From Monocercomonoides exilis PA203 (Eukaryota; Protista; Preaxostyla): a DNA stretch of 64,000 nucleotides. Below the pieces are notes generated by a model that was given only the letters and a program-made list of their open reading frames with translations, searched no databases and was not told the DNA's origin. Location of the stretch: positions 558,001 to 622,000 of the forward strand of contig LSRY02000028.1 in NCBI GenBank assembly GCA_001643675.2. The letters run 5' to 3'. Made by a program: the position numbers and the translations under genes. Of this stretch, positions 11,114 through 25,080 are shown in pieces (position 1 is the first letter of the stretch; each line of letters starts with the position of its first letter).

Positions 11114-11634
11114 CAGAGTGCGTTGCATTGTATAACTTGAATTGTTGTGTGCAATTGATAAAAGAACGGAATCGTGAAAAGAGAAGAAATGTGCTTGTCA
11201 CATTTTTTTTATTCTTTTTTCCGTAGTTTTTTTATCATTCTGGAGGAATTGAGCATTTGCATGCTTTTCTTCATATCCAGAATTGCATTCAGCATTCATT
11301 CATGCTTTCGCAGCAGAGACGTTGCGTAATTGTTTTATCAGAGTTGTTGCTCGACTTTATTTCCTATAATATTTTATAATTTTTCAAAATTTTTTCTTTA
11401 TGACAAAAAACGTCTTCAACTTGCGAAATTGAATTGGAATTTTATTTTTTTTTTTTTAATTTTGTTTTATGGAGTAAATTATAAATGGCTGCAAAACCAA
11501 AAAGTTATTCCTAAAATCGAAAAAATTAATTTCGACATAAATGATCATTCGATAATCAATAAAAAAAGATAGTCAAAACGAAATGACAATGAAATGTAAA
11601 TTTGAATATTTCATTATAAGTTCAGATCAGATCA

Positions 11635-12416
11635 ATGAGCAAACAAATTGCCAAAGATTCTCAAGAAGCCGTTCTTATCAAAAGCCACAACTGGAAAAAA
11701 TTGATTGAATTATGTATCGATAAACAAGTTGATGTTTGCTTGTATTTTTTGAGATTTATTTTGATGGTCAATTTATGCTTTTGAAAATTTCATTTTCATT
11801 GAATCAACAAACTTTCAATTTTTCTATAAAATATTTTGAATATAAAATACAACAGGGAGAAAATATTGAATATTGGTTGATAATACAATATTTCTGTCAC
11901 CTCATTCAAGGCGAAGGAGATGAAGCGCGTGTTCTTTCTTCCAGAGCTGATTACGCGTGTCCAAAATCCCCGTATCTGGAACAATTGAAGATGATCACTT
12001 TAGCATTTAATAATAGAGATTTCTCAACATATTTCTCATTGTTTGGAAATTTACCAAAAAATGACTCGTTTGCAGAGCTGGCCATTATCGCCCAACAGTC
12101 CGTAAGAGAAAGGAACGCATCACTTCTTGAAATGAATTGTTCAACTATTTCTCTTGCCGTCACTTCAGAATATTGCGGTCTACCTTCGGAGGAAGTTTAT
12201 AAATGTTTGACTTTTTTTCAAAAACAATATTTATCATATTTTTTCCTTTTATCATTAGACGTTAAAGCAAGAGGATGGACTTATGATTATTCTACTAAAT
12301 TTTTTACTATTCCGCGTGAAATCCAGACACAAGCACGTCTTCAATCCACAAAATCTACTATTGATGAGTCAGCCTTTATGTCAGCGTTGACTTCCATTCT
12401 AGCTTCAAGCAAATAA
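11635..12416 (+). CDS. PCI-domain protein, probably COP9 signalosome subunit 8 (CSN8/eIF3k/Rpn12 family), 3 exons
   Basis: Spliced product ..YFCHLIQGEGDEARVL..VRERNASLLEMNCSTISLAVTSEYCGLPSEEV..ARGWTYD matches the CSN8-type winged-helix pattern. Confidence 0.65.
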
Positions 12417-12676
12417 TTCGTTTTTATCAAATTTTTATTTCTTAAATTTTTATATTAATGTGACAGAACGAAATTGTGTTTTTTTTTAACTGTAACAAAT
12501 TAAATTTGTAAAAAAAATCGAAAATTCACAACTTTCCACAAAAAGATCAAATTACATCATTCTTGTGCTTGTTTTCTTCCCATATGCATTCAACTCAATT
12601 CAAAAAAACCATACTATTTTTTGTTTGCTTGCTTTTGAGTTCTCATTTAAAAGAGAAAAGGAGAAATTAGTCGTAA

Positions 12677-15552
12677 ATGTGGGAAGGAAATTTTCGTATT
12701 TTGTCGTCATCGATTGATGCGCTAATAGAAAGGAATGCTTCACTAGAAACCATTCTTGATGAAGAAGATATAATTGACGAATTTACAATTGAAAATAAAA
12801 AACTCTTGGAATAGTTTGGATTTTATTTAATCAAACAATCTTTTCCTTCTATGATTTAGTGTTTTCTAATGCGATTTTTCTGTTATAGTCTGGGGAAACC
12901 AGATATTATTGAACAATTGTTTCATTTTCTGACTCATGAAATTACGGTGTATGATGAAAAAAAGAGATTTCGATTACCATATCTAGCTGGAGAAATTATA
13001 TCTTCTCCGAAACAAGCAATTCACGAAGCACTGAAATCAGAGAAAGTTCTTGACACAGTTATTGAATGGCTGAAAGACCCCAGACTTCCTCAAGCTGTCT
13101 ATGCAACGAACATGAAGAAGCCTATTATAAATGTAATACTGAGCAATAACGATGCAGTTTGAATTACATTTTTGTTTTATTTTCTTTGCTTTGTCAAATC
13201 AAATTTTGAGTAGTTTTTCAAAAGATGGAAGGAAGAAGCTATTTGTGATTGCATGCTCAAAAAAGTTTCTGTTTTTCCAATAGCCGAATTATTGATTGAT
13301 ATCTTTGAAATTATCTATACTCTTTTTGGCCCGAAAGATCTTGAAAATGTTTGCACTCACTTTTTTTTCTATTTTTTATATCAATATGTTTTTGCATGCA
13401 TATATAATAATTGTAGATACTTATAGAAACTGATTTTGTTTCGTCATGCGTTATCGCAATGAAAGCCCCAAAGCAGTCAATTTCAAATTGCTTTAACATT
13501 ATTCATATTTTGAATAATGTTCTTGGGCTGTTTATTCCAGATCCAATCTTGGATGGTGTTTTTGGGTCTGACCCAGAGGAAGAAATGAATAATCAATCAG
13601 AGGAAGATGAAATAGGGTCTTCTTCTGTGAATCAGTTATCTAGTTGTCCACTTTCTCCTTCTTCTGTTGTTGAAGTGCTGAAAAAATCGTCTCATTTTAA
13701 TGATTTAATTGATTTGTGTTTCCCTCAACCAATCTCATTTGTTGCAGCTCCAAACAGCTTACGACCATCTTTATCACTATTTTTATTTCTTCTTACACTC
13801 CAAGTCCCAAATCATCCCACACAGCAAGCAATATCTGTTGAAGAAATAACTAACAATGAATCTTCAGCCAGCTGCAATGCTATCACATCTTTTGTGTCTG
13901 AAACTGTTGTTCCTCGGCTTCCTCTTCTTATTCCATGGCTTTTATTCACTCAAACTACTTCAGATGAAAAATCTGACGTTCATTCATCATCTTTTTCATC
14001 ATCATCCACTTCACCCACTTCATCAACAACTTCTGTTCTCCCACAAAATGTGAACGACAATCAAAAAAACAACATTCTTTCACTTCGCACAAAGATTGAT
14101 GAGCTGATAGCAACACTTGTTGTAGTTGCACCGAGTGAGCGTCTATTAAGCACTTTTCTTATTCCATATTCAGAGGCATATCGCACATCACATGGAGATC
14201 AGATGACTCAAAGCACTCCTCCCACTTCGACTGAAGATGAATATGGATTCCACACGCTTTTAGATTCATTTCTATATCTTTTCAACAATTATCCATCATG
14301 TTCAATTCTTCTTTCTAGTATTTCTCAGATCTTTCAGCATATTCTTTCCTTGCCTATCAATCAGGAATCTTCTGAAAGCAACATTTTAACACAGAAACTG
14401 TTAGAAGCACTTCTCTGGGGCAAAGAAGAAGAGAAAGAGAATGACAAAAGCAAAGAATCAATTACAAATTCCAAGGGACTTGTAGAGATTATGATAGAAG
14501 GATTTGAGAATGAGAAAATAGAAAGAGCAAGAAGGATGAAAGAAAGAGAAGAGAAGAAGTTAAAACAAAATGAAATCAACAAACGAAAATTGGAGCGAAT
14601 TCAAAGGATATCTGAAGCATCTGAGCAAGACATCGAACACATCCTCAGAGAATACGACGAACGACAAGAAAAACGAGATGAAGAACAAAAACGAATCGAA
14701 GCGGAAGAAAAAGAAAAGGGAATTGTTAGAAGCGTGCTTTCAACACCGTTCATTGCACATTCTATTCGTTTCTGCTCAATTCTATTCGATCCTGATTTTC
14801 CTTTGTCATCTTCATCTTGTGCATCTTCCGACAAACGCAAGAGTCTTCTTTCTCATTTACAAATTTTATATCAAGAAAGAGGTGCAAATGTGATAGAAAA
14901 ACAGAACCGTCCAGCCAAAGTGCCTGTTGGAGAGCAGAAGTCACTCTATGCTCCTCTTATTGCATCACTCAAGAAGAGCAACAATGCACAGGATAGACAG
15001 CTTGTACAGGCGCTTATGTCATTTGCACAAGAGAGCGAGCAGCTCGGGATGGAGGACGGGATGAAGGAAGGAGAGAATGCAGGAGAGGCAGATGATGGAA
15101 GCGAGTTGAGACTGATAAAAGAAATGGAAGAGAGAATACAGAGTGAAGAAGACAGAGAAAGAGAAGATTGGGCGAGAAGCGAGAAATTGGGCCTTCCAAC
15201 AGGAGATGCACTGAAACAGGGAGTCGATGGGAAGTTCCGAAATGGCAAAGCAGAAAAAGAGGAGATTCAAGAAGAGTGTACAAAAGAAGGAAACTCAACT
15301 GACGAGGAAGCAAGCGACTCATCAGATTTGTCAAAAACTGTACGAATGAATGGTAGCCAATGGTTGCTTATGAAGAACTTTAATCGAAACATAAGGAGCG
15401 AAGATGTTTCTTCTTCGAATGTACCTGAAGTGCCCGCTCCTCCAACGTTGGAATCTATCATGGCAGAGCCAGATGAAGAGGATTTTGAAGAGACAATTAC
15501 TCTTGAAGAGATTATGAATGAAAAAGACGAAATTGACGAATTGTTGAATTGA
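12677..15552 (+). CDS. SAPS-domain protein (SIT4/PP6 regulatory subunit), multi-exon
   Basis: N-terminal SSIDALIE..SLETILDEEDIIDEF..ENKKLLE and ..KKRFRLPYLAGEIISS match the SAPS N-terminus; long acidic final exon. Confidence 0.8.
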
Positions 15553-15685
15553 GCAAAGTATTTCAATAGCTTTTGTTTTGTTTTGTTATAATTTTAGTAT
15601 CATTTCTTTATATTTAAAGACATTTTTGTGAAAAACTATGTTTGAAAAGTATTGATCTTTCCCATACTGGAACTTGCGTGTTTGC

Positions 15686-17639
15686 ATGCAAAGAGAATTT
15701 CCTCTTGTTTTTGTACCAGAATGCGCTAAGAACCAGCAACATTTCGTTATTCAATTTAACCCTCACAAATTTGAGAGGTCTGATATGCGTGATCCAACAG
15801 CAATTGAGGTGACCCAAGTGTCAAGGGGTTCATTAAAACAGTTTTCTATTCACACGCAGCGAGGTTCTCATAATAGTCAGCCTGCAGGGGATGAAAGCAC
15901 ATGTTATGCCTTTTTGCAGAGAACGGTATCTGTTTTTTATATTTGCTAATTTCTCGAAATAATACAATATTTGCTTTGAACGTTTAGAGAGAGGGATATC
16001 AATTGTGTCCATGTGAATCGTGGTTCCAAATGGCACCCGCAATCACTTATTCGACTCCTTCAATTGAGGAAGCCGAAGAGAGTGTTTGCATATTTTTGAT
16101 GAATTTATTTTTGTTGCCAATATCTTTTTTGTATCTGTATAAAGATCAAAGAAGGCTTGCTTACTGTCCCCTTTAAATGGAAAGATAAACTACAGCCAAA
16201 GATCGTTGAAGAACAAACACCTGGTGTGAGCTCTTTTCTGAAAAAGGGTTGTTGAATTTGTTGTTTTGAAACATTTCGTTGTTAATGCTTCAAAATGTGC
16301 GTGCTGCACATGATCACGGTTCATTTAACTTCTAGATGAAGGCGAGATGTCTTCTTCATTTTCTTCAAAAAAATATAAACCATCGGCTACTTCTGCAAAG
16401 ACTCAAAGCTGTATGTCTTTTTTAACAAGCATGTTTTTTGTACAAAGCGAATAACTTGAATTGACGTTTAAATTTTAACAGATCAGTTTCATTCACTTGA
16501 ATCAGACGTCTTCCGCAGCTTGAAAACTGGAGAGCAGCGAAAAGATGAAGAAGAGGACGATCCAGACATGGAGGTGGAAATACCTGATGATGACGAAGGC
16601 AATGTCGATCTGCTGTCGTCTGCTGCAGAAGCACCAAAAGAAGACAAAAAATCGAAGCGGCGAACGTCAACGAGGAGAGGAAGGCGTGCCAGTGCGATGG
16701 ACGAAGAGGAAGAGGATGAAGAAGAGGATGAAGAAGAAGAAAACGAAAGGTTGCTTTCACTGAAGAAGAAAGCAGTGGAGAAAGGGTTTGAGGAAAAAGA
16801 AGGAGAAATGGAAAAGGAAGAGAAGGAGATTTTGGAAGTGAAAGAGAGATTGGAAGATGACTTTGACTCGGATGTGAATGATGAAGACGACGACGATGAC
16901 GACGACGATGATGATGGAGAAGTTTGCTTTTTATTTATTTGATTAATGTTATTAATGAAATGATCTTGTTATTGAATTATTTCTCTTTTTATAAAACTTA
17001 TTCTGTTTTTTTATCTTGATTGGACTTTTTGACATTTCCAGTCTGATGAGGCGATTGATAAGCAGATGTCTCGGAGAATTGGCAGAATAGGCGATGAGAT
17101 CTCTCCTTCATCTTCAAAAGAGAGAAAAGCACGTGCAAGCAGAAACGCGAGGCATGCTTTTGTTTTTTAACTATTATTGATTCATTTCTATTTTGAAATC
17201 GTATTGACTTATATTTCTGTTATTGTGTCTTGCTGAATGTCGAATGCTTCCACATCTCAGACCATCACCAGGCGAAGGGAGAAAACTGAAAAGTCGCTCT
17301 GCTTCGCCATCATCTGTCACCACACCCACTTCATCTCCTACCACTTCATCATCATCATCTTCTTCTTCTTATGCCTCTTCTTCTCGGAATCGTGCAGTAG
17401 ACACACGAGCGCAAACGATGGCGATGGCCACGTCTTCGTCTTCTTCGTCAGGCATCACCCGAATCACTGATGAAGAGTTTGTGATGACGCTCACACGCCA
17501 CCAGCCAATCACCCTGCGCGCACTCACACTCATCTTCTCGTCCAGGCTGAAGACACCAGAGCAAAAGGAACGATACAAACAGCTCATCGGAACATACGTA
17601 AAGAAGACACCAGATGATAAGCTTGTGCTGAGAAAGTGA
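15686..17639 (+). CDS. Transcription initiation factor IIF alpha (RAP74/Tfg1)-like, multi-exon
   Basis: Exon near 16000-16080 reads VNRWFQMAPAITYSTPSIEEAEE (RAP74 W..F/M.P....T.SxEEAEE). Acidic middle region; C-terminal winged helix ITDEEFVMTLTRHQPITLRALTLIF..KLVLRK. Confidence 0.7.
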
Positions 17640-17987
17640 GTGTGTTGATGTTCCACATTCTGTATGAGATTTGATTGATTGTTTAATCAGAATTATCATC
17701 TCACTTCACAAAAACATTATTCATTTTATTTTTTTTTTCAAAAAAGCAAAGTTTCACTTCACCCGGCGTGTTGCTCTTTCGAAAAGAAAAGCAAAATAAA
17801 ATTAAAAAAACAGCACGTTGGGAAACAAACAAAAAAAAATGAGAGTAATGAAAGGAGAATAAACTTATAAAAGATTTGCAATCAATTAAAATCTAGTTTA
17901 AAACAAAATATCGGATGAGTTGAGTAAAGAAGAATGAAACGACTTGAAGCTGACGAAGTGCAAGAGACGTGAAGAAAATGCCAACAA

Positions 17988-19972
17988 TCAAGCGCGTTCA
18001 GCCACTCTTTCTGCCTGCCTTGAGGCAGCAGTGGTGGATGAGACTGAGATTGTGGCTGGCCTGACCATCAGCAGTGGGTTGTCAGGGGATGTGATTGAGT
18101 CAGTCACTTTCATCGAGTCCAGATACTCCACTACAATCTGCTGTAGTGCTGCATTCTCTGCCTTCATCCGCTCGTACTCGTGCTCAATGGCCATCTTGTC
18201 CAGCAGCACTTTGTTCGCTTTCTTGAAGAACTGGTTCAGCTGCGACCAGTCTGTCGCCATTGAGTCTCCTCTTGCTTCTGCGTCTTCCCCTTCTCCAGTT
18301 GGGCTGGCTGAGACAGAAGAAGAAGAAGAAGAAGAAGAGGCATTTGCAGAAGACGATGGCGCGAGTGAAATGCCCATCGCAGCCTCCATCTCCTCGTCCA
18401 TGCGTGCGAGCCTCTCCTGTATTTCCGGGTCAGTCTCTGCGAGGATGGGGAAGAACGGGGTGACCTTCTCCCTCTCTGTCTCGAGGTGCCTGTTCAGCTC
18501 AGCCACCATAATCAGATGGTCAGCCAGGTCGATCCGCTCCTGCAGCCGCCGCGTCACCTCGCGCGACTGCATCGTCAGCTCCTTCAGGCGCTCCTGCTGG
18601 CTCTCGTGGAACAGCGCCATCTTCTGCTTCAGCTCGTGGTAGTGCTTGCTGATCGCATCCCGCTCCCGCGCCAGCGCCTCGTTCCTTTCTGTGTACTCCT
18701 TCACTGTGTTCTGGATCTTCTTCTTCACCCGCTGGAACTGCTCCTGGTTGCGACGGATCTGCCGGATCAGCGCTGCAATCTCTTCAGCATCAATCTGAAG
18801 GTGGTTGGTTGTGAATAATGGCAAAGCAATAAATTTTAAATTTAATAAGTAGAATTGTCGATTTATTTTTATTATAATAATTATTATACCTGCTCTTTCT
18901 TTGCATATAGTCTGAATTCCTGCGTTTGCTTTTCTGTGTTTGAAATATATTTTTTGTGAAGCTAACAAATAGATTTAAATGTGAATAAGAATCAGAAAAT
19001 AAATTGAATATTAAAAAGTGATAGAGCAAAAAATATTTAACAACCTCCGACAAGGCATTTGTCAAGATATCAATCGTTCTTGTTAAATCAGACTTGCTCC
19101 TCATAAGATCGTTCCTTTGTTGTTCTTCAAGCGCTTTTTTCTCTTCTTCAAATGCCTTTTTGTCCTCTGCCATTTCTTCGTTAAATCGTTGATCCATCAT
19201 TTGTAGAATTTTCAGCAATTCCTCTTTTTGAGCTTCATGACGCTTCATGATTACAACTCTACATATATTAAGTACATTGAAAATAATAGAGTAATTACCC
19301 CAAGATTAAGCACTTTGTTATTATTATTTTATTGTACCTTTCATCTTCATGGGCTTTAGTTATGTCTTCTGTATCTTCAAGCATCTCTGATTCAAGGACT
19401 TGAAATCGTTCTTGTTGGATTTGAATAAGGTTGTCAAGATTGCTTAGATGACTTCTTAATGCTTTTTGATATCTTCATTTTAACAAAAAGATCATTACAT
19501 GCAATGATAAAAAATTCTAAACAAAGAATTCAAACTGTCGCTCGGCTTCTTCCAAATCTCTGAATAAAGATTCGATAATAGCATCACGTTGATCAATCTA
19601 ACAAAATAAACCGGAAGCGAGCATGACTTATCTATATTTAATAAAATGAAACAAAATGTGTACTTTTCTCTCATATGTTTGGCTCACAATATCAGCTTCT
19701 TCTTCAAGTTCTTTCTTTTTCGCTTGTCTAGCCCGCTGTCTAACATCTGCTAATGTAAGTGCGGCATTTCTCTTTGCCACACTTTCTTCATCCTTCTGTT
19801 TTTTTAGTTGTGCTTTTCTTTCTTCCTCCTCTTTTCTTCTTCTTTCTTCTTCTTTCATCAGCATTTCAGCCTCCAATCTGGCACGTTTCTCTTCATCTGT
19901 CTCAACAATTCTTTTTCCCTTTCCCTTTTTTCCCTTTTTTCCTGCTCCTCCTTTTTTTGCTTTTTTTGCCAT
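17988..19972 (-). CDS. DRC2: Nexin-dynein regulatory complex subunit 2 (CCDC65/DRC2), multi-exon
   Basis: Lys/Gly-rich N-terminus, ELEEEADIVSQTYERK|IDQRDAIIESLFRDLEEAE, ALRSHLSNLDNLI, LETEREKVTPF, NQFFKKANKVLLDKMAI, NPLLMV. Confidence 0.85.
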
Positions 19973-20075
19973 CTCAAAATGATAAAGCAATTTTTATATG
20001 AACGGTACCCATCATAACTTTCTTCTCTCAAACAATTGATCAACACAACCCATGACATTTTTGAGTTTTTGATAA

Positions 20076-20771
20076 ATGATAAAATCTTCGGGTTCAGCTG
20101 TAGCTTCGTTTCTGCAGGATTATTTGAATATAGAAATTGTGAATCTGATTGTTCGCACAAGTGAAACACGTGATATGGCTCGTTCGAAACTTGAACGAAT
20201 GGGGCAACAAATTGGAGAGAAATACACTGAATTGTTTGATAAAAACTTATTATCACATTTTGAGTTGATTGTTTTGAATTGCTTTATTAATAGGTTCTTT
20301 TTAAAAACGCCACTTCCGGATTATCAACCAAATTTGAAAGGAGTTGAAGATTATCTTGTAAATGGTTTTTGGCCTGCTGTCTTCAAGGGAAGGTGTAATT
20401 CTAGTGGAATTGATGCTGTTTGGAGCACATATTTAACTTTCAAAGCATTAGAAAAAATAATTTGCAATTTCTTTCTTTTTTTTCAAATGATTTTTTCGTA
20501 AACTTTCAGAAAAAGTGTCTTGTTCTTGAAGATACTCACTTTTCGTGGATATCAAAAATCTCCTTATGTGGTTCCCCGCCTGAGGAATTGAGCATATATC
20601 TTGCCATGCCATGTGGGATATTGAGAGGAGCTGTTAAGGCTCTTGGCTTTCGGTGCAAAGTTTCAGGGGAAACTGATTCAACAGCCGTTAAATGTATCTT
20701 TACTACTCTTTTTTGCATTTATTCTTTTATCATTATTGTTTCTAGGTAAATTTGCAATTCAATTTGCATGA
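20076..20771 (+). CDS. TRAPPC6: TRAPP complex subunit Trs33/TRAPPC6, 4 exons
   Basis: KLERMGQQIGEK, FWPAVF, LVLEDTHFSWI, YLAMPCGILRGAVKALG, C|KFAIQF*. Confidence 0.8.
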
Positions 20772-21715
20772 GGGAAGGTAATTGTTACACTTCATCACTT
20801 CATTTGTCTTCTGGCAAAATGTAATTTTCACTTAATCATCTTTTATTTGAGATGCTCTATTTTTTTTTTTTCGTGCAACTGACTCATAAATGTTATGATT
20901 CATTATTTCATTCAATTTTTTTCATAATCTTTTCAAATAGTTTTTGTTAAGCATGTATATAATATCCTTTTGTTTATCATCATTTCATTGCATGATTGGA
21001 ATAATGTTAGGATTTATAGGATAAATGTGTTTGTTGTTATGAAACTCCATATTAGAAAGATGGTCTGTTTGTTTGCTTATCTTGTTTCACTGGATTTTGT
21101 ACAATGCATGCTGATATTCATTAAACAAAAACGATCATTCCATCCGCGCACGACTTCAACAAAAAAGTTTGCAAACAGCAAAGAACAGCTGGGTATTATT
21201 ATGAATAACGCTGGAGAACTCAAACAAGCATCCATTGTTTCAGGAGTGCATGTATCATCTCAGTTATTGCATTCAAAAGCAGAAATAAAATTGATTGGTG
21301 TTTCATAGATCTGTTTCAGTTAACTTGAGATTTATTTCTGATTTGATCATTCATCAAGTTTAAGATAAATATTGATCATAATATATTGTGTGAAGATAGT
21401 TGTTTTATAAAACTTTTTATTTTTCCAAAGCTTCTTCAAGAGTTGTGTTCTCCTGTTAAGTGCAATCGTAGTGTTTTGGGAATGGTTGATATTGAAGAAA
21501 TTTTTGGAATTGGTTATTTACAAAATTTTCTTCAGTGATGGAAATTTTTGATTTATCTCTCATTTATAGAACTTTTTTCTTCACTTATGTTCGGTATGAA
21601 CCCTATTAAACCGTAATAATTAATTAAAACAGCTAGGAAAAAAATACGTTAATTTAAAGTATTAATTTTCCAGTTGAAAAATCCACGCTGAGGAAGTGAA
21701 TGGAATTGAGAATAA

Positions 21716-22437
21716 TTAAAACTTGCTGAATTGTTTCTTTGAGTCAGAGCGAGGAATAACACGAATAACATTGAATTTCACTGTTTTCGACAATGGTCTA
21801 AAAATAAACAGAAATTAATTAAAACAAATTTGCGAAACAAAAATGCGAAATTTAAAATGAATAATGAAAAAAATAATATTCAAACCTGCATTGTCCAACA
21901 ATAACCATATCACCGTTGTGCACTTCAAAGCATGGAGAACAATGAACTGAAAGAGTCTTATGGCGTTTTTCATATCTGTTATATTTTGGGATAAAGTGAA
22001 GATAATCACGACGAATAACAATTGTTCTCTTCATTGCTGTGCTTTTGACAACGCCACGAAGAATATGGCCACGAATGCTCACATTACCTGTGAATGGGCA
22101 TTTTTTATCAACGTATGTTCCTTCGATGGCCTCACGTGGAGTCTTGAAGCCAAGACCAACGCTGTGGTAATAGCGAAGGCTCTTCTTGTGCTTTTTGCCA
22201 AGCTGATGTGTGCGCCCCAAGAATACTGTTTCCTGTTTTTGGAATGCTCTTTCGGTCTGAATTAATTAAGTGTGATCATTTTGTTTCACAAAAAAAACCA
22301 ATTAATAATATGTGTTTTCAGAGTTCATCAAAAAATGTAGCATATGAGATAATTTTATTCAGAAACAAAATATAAAAAATATTTAAACATGAATTACATG
22401 AATATTTATTTGTAAATGCTTCTCAAACTTGTTCCAT
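21716..22437 (-). CDS. RPS11: 40S ribosomal protein S11 (uS17), 3 exons
   Basis: [54 protein letters not shown]|[10 protein letters not shown]; first exon is ATG GAA CAA. Confidence 0.97.
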
Positions 22438-22517
22438 TGATAAAAAGAGATATGTGTTTATTCCTTTATTGGACAGATCAATAATAATTATATATATTGG
22501 TAATCTGATCAAGATAA

Positions 22518-23371
22518 ATGTCTTACCCTGGACGCGTGCATTTAACTGTATTTTGTTGCAAAAATTTGCCTAAAGCTGATCTAAATGGATTGGCAGATCC
22601 TTATTTGATAATCCGCCTTGGAAAAACGCATTGCCAAACAAAAACAATGAAGAATACCTTAAATCCAATTTATAATCAATGTTTGAAGTTGTAAAAATAT
22701 TTTCCAGTTTTTTATGATATTTTAGCGATGTCTTTAAATTTTGATCCTGCATGGAAATCGCGGGTGCTGATCGTTGAGGTGTATGATCATGATACCTTTT
22801 CATCCGATGATTTGCTTGGCTCATGTCGTATTGATGTTTGCTAAATTATTTTAATTAGTTATCGAGATTTATTTTGCTAATTTATTTTTTTGGGATGTTT
22901 AAGGTTGAAGAATTTATGAATTTCAAAAAAAGAAAAACTGTATCATTCAGTACTAAAGAAGGAAAATATGCGGGTGACCTTGATATAGAAATTTTGTACG
23001 ATGCGCCCGGAGCTCCAAAGCCCACTTCGTCTGCACCCACATCGTTTGCAGCAACTGGCTTCGGTGCTCCTGCTCCTCCTTATGCCGCCCCTGCTCCTCC
23101 GTACAGTTCTGCTGCACCATATCAAACTTCTTCGGCCTATCCTGCACCTGCACCAGGTTATCCTTCTTCAAGCGCTTATCCTCCTCCACCAGGATATCCC
23201 ATGGCTCCGCCCGTATCTTATCCTCCGACTCCAGTTGCTTACGGAGCTGCTCCTCCTGCTTCATCTGCTCCTGCTGCTTATGGTGCTGCGCCTCCTACAA
23301 GCGCTGGACCCGCCTATCCTGCACCTCCAGCATATCCTACACCTCCTTCATATCCAGGATATGGATACTAA
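22518..23371 (+). CDS. C2-domain protein with Pro/Ala/Tyr-rich tail, 3 exons
   Basis: CKNLPKADLNGLADPYL..TMKNTLNPIYN..VEVYDHDTFSSDDLLG (Ca2+-type C2 domain), followed by YPAP/YPPP repeats. Confidence 0.9.
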
Positions 23372-24149
23372 AATTTGTGTTTGCCTAGTTAAAGAAAGGT
23401 TCATTGCAATAAATGTTTTACATACTGATTGCTTAAATCCAATGTTAGAGAAATTATTTTTTGTCTAATTTGATTTGTATTTATTTTATTGTTTGCGTAG
23501 TTTTTGAAAACTAGCAATTTGTGTTTTGCGAAGTTTAATTATACTCGTTTTTTTTTTTATTTTATAAATTTTTATAAGAATTTTGTAGTATTTTTTAATT
23601 TTTATAATGATTATTGCATGTGTTATGTTAATAAAGCAACAAGCAACATGTTATCTTGGCGAGATATAATCTAGTTGACAGACGAGTTGAACAAAAATTC
23701 AAATAGTAAATGAAAAGCTCATTATTTCTAATTATTTTAAAATTATTGTTATTTGGCGAAACTTCGTCTGTCATGTTCAGTTTTAAAAATGTTAAAAATA
23801 AAAAAATAATGGGTGAGATCATTGATTTCATTTGCGTTTTTCTGTTTCTCCACATATAGCTTTCAAATATTGATAAATTCTGCTGCTTGTGTGTTTGTTT
23901 ATGTAGTTTATTTGTTTTTATCAATCTTTATTAAAAATATTTTGTTTTTAGCTGCTTAATTTCGATCGTTCACTCAATCACTTTCACTTTTGCTCGAAAC
24001 AAAAAGGTGAAGAAATTGGCATCACGGAAGTGTGATAGCTTATTAAATATTATTAACTTTTATTCATTTTGAAAATTAAATACTCGATATTACGTTTTTT
24101 TGTTTAAAATACAATATTTTTAACTTTAGTGTTGCGCTGTATTTAAGAT

Positions 24150-24921
24150 GATACCGAACTTTGAACAAACGAAAGAGTTAATCGAAGAAACGCATTAAGA
24201 AGAATTAATTCCTGTTTTTGCCAGAAGAATTGTTCGACAAAATGCACAAAATGTTTGACGAAAGAAAATTACGTTGTAGAAAGCTGCTGCTTGCTGAAGG
24301 AAATGGGATATTACAAAGCGCTGCAAGACTTATGGACTGATAGCTTTGAAGAAAACTCTTTGCTCAAAAGATTGGTAAAGATGATAATTGAAGAAGAAAA
24401 GAAAAAAAAGAAGAAAAGAATGAAAATCTTCTTGTTGGACTTTGTGAATGCTTTCTTTTGCTTCATGAGAATATTTCAAGAGAATTTGCTTCAATATGTG
24501 TCCGTTGCCTTCTGAAAGTTGCAGCGAAGAAAGAGGAAAGCGAGGAAACACAAAAAGAAGTGGAAATGGCATTGTTGACTTTGATCAATACTTTCCGTTA
24601 CGTTTGAAATTTTCTATTTTCTTTTGATTTTTTTTTTTAATTTTTATTTTATTTTTTTATCAGCCAATCAAAAAGGAACTGTATTTGAGTGAAATTATAG
24701 AAATTATAAAGCGTCATCAAGAATTCAACAATTTGACACGACTTGCTTGTCGCTCTGCTTGGGTATTTTTAATAAACCGAGTTTACAGTGACAAAAGTTT
24801 GGAAAAAGTGATTGCGGATAAGCTGCATTTTGTGAGAGATGCGATAAGAAAATTGGAAGAGCTGATAAAATGCATAAATTGGAAGAATATAGATGGAGAG
24901 GATAAAGGAGGAAAAGAATAA
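24150..24921 (+). pseudogene. Decayed copy of the lineage-specific multigene family (cf. 38513-39834) in the left Merlin arm
   Basis: Frameshifted fragments CLLKEMGYYK, CLLKVAAKKEESEETQKEVEMALL, EIIKRHQEFNNLTRLA; intron position retained. Confidence 0.75.
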
Positions 24922-25080
24922 AGCAGCAGAAGTGGCTGAGAAGATGAATGAAGCAGCAGAAGTGGCTGAGAAGATGAATGAAGCAGCAGAAGTGGCTGAG
25001 AAGATGAATGAAGCAGCAGAAGTGGCTGAGAAGATGAATGAAGCAGCAGAAGTGGCTGAGAGAAAGAAGGAGGCAGCGGA
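24921..25080 (+). repeat. 30-bp minisatellite AAGCAGCAGAAGTGGCTGAGAAGATGAATG, 4 perfect units plus variants
   Basis: Read directly; encodes EAAEVAEKMN. Confidence 0.95.

Noticed and set aside
2785-15552. TAP42 and SAPS, both PP2A-family phosphatase regulators, as a functional cluster
   Set aside because: They are separated by unrelated genes; chance proximity cannot be excluded without synteny data.
20970-21308. 112-aa ORF between TRAPPC6 and RPS11
   Set aside because: Non-ATG start, no recognisable motif, and no consistent exon structure found.
22259-22428. snoRNA in the long first intron of RPS11
   Set aside because: TGATGA and CTGA are only a few nt apart, with no guide region or terminal stem.
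24921-25080. 30-bp repeats as a CRISPR array
   Set aside because: Head-to-tail with no spacers, eukaryotic context, no cas genes.
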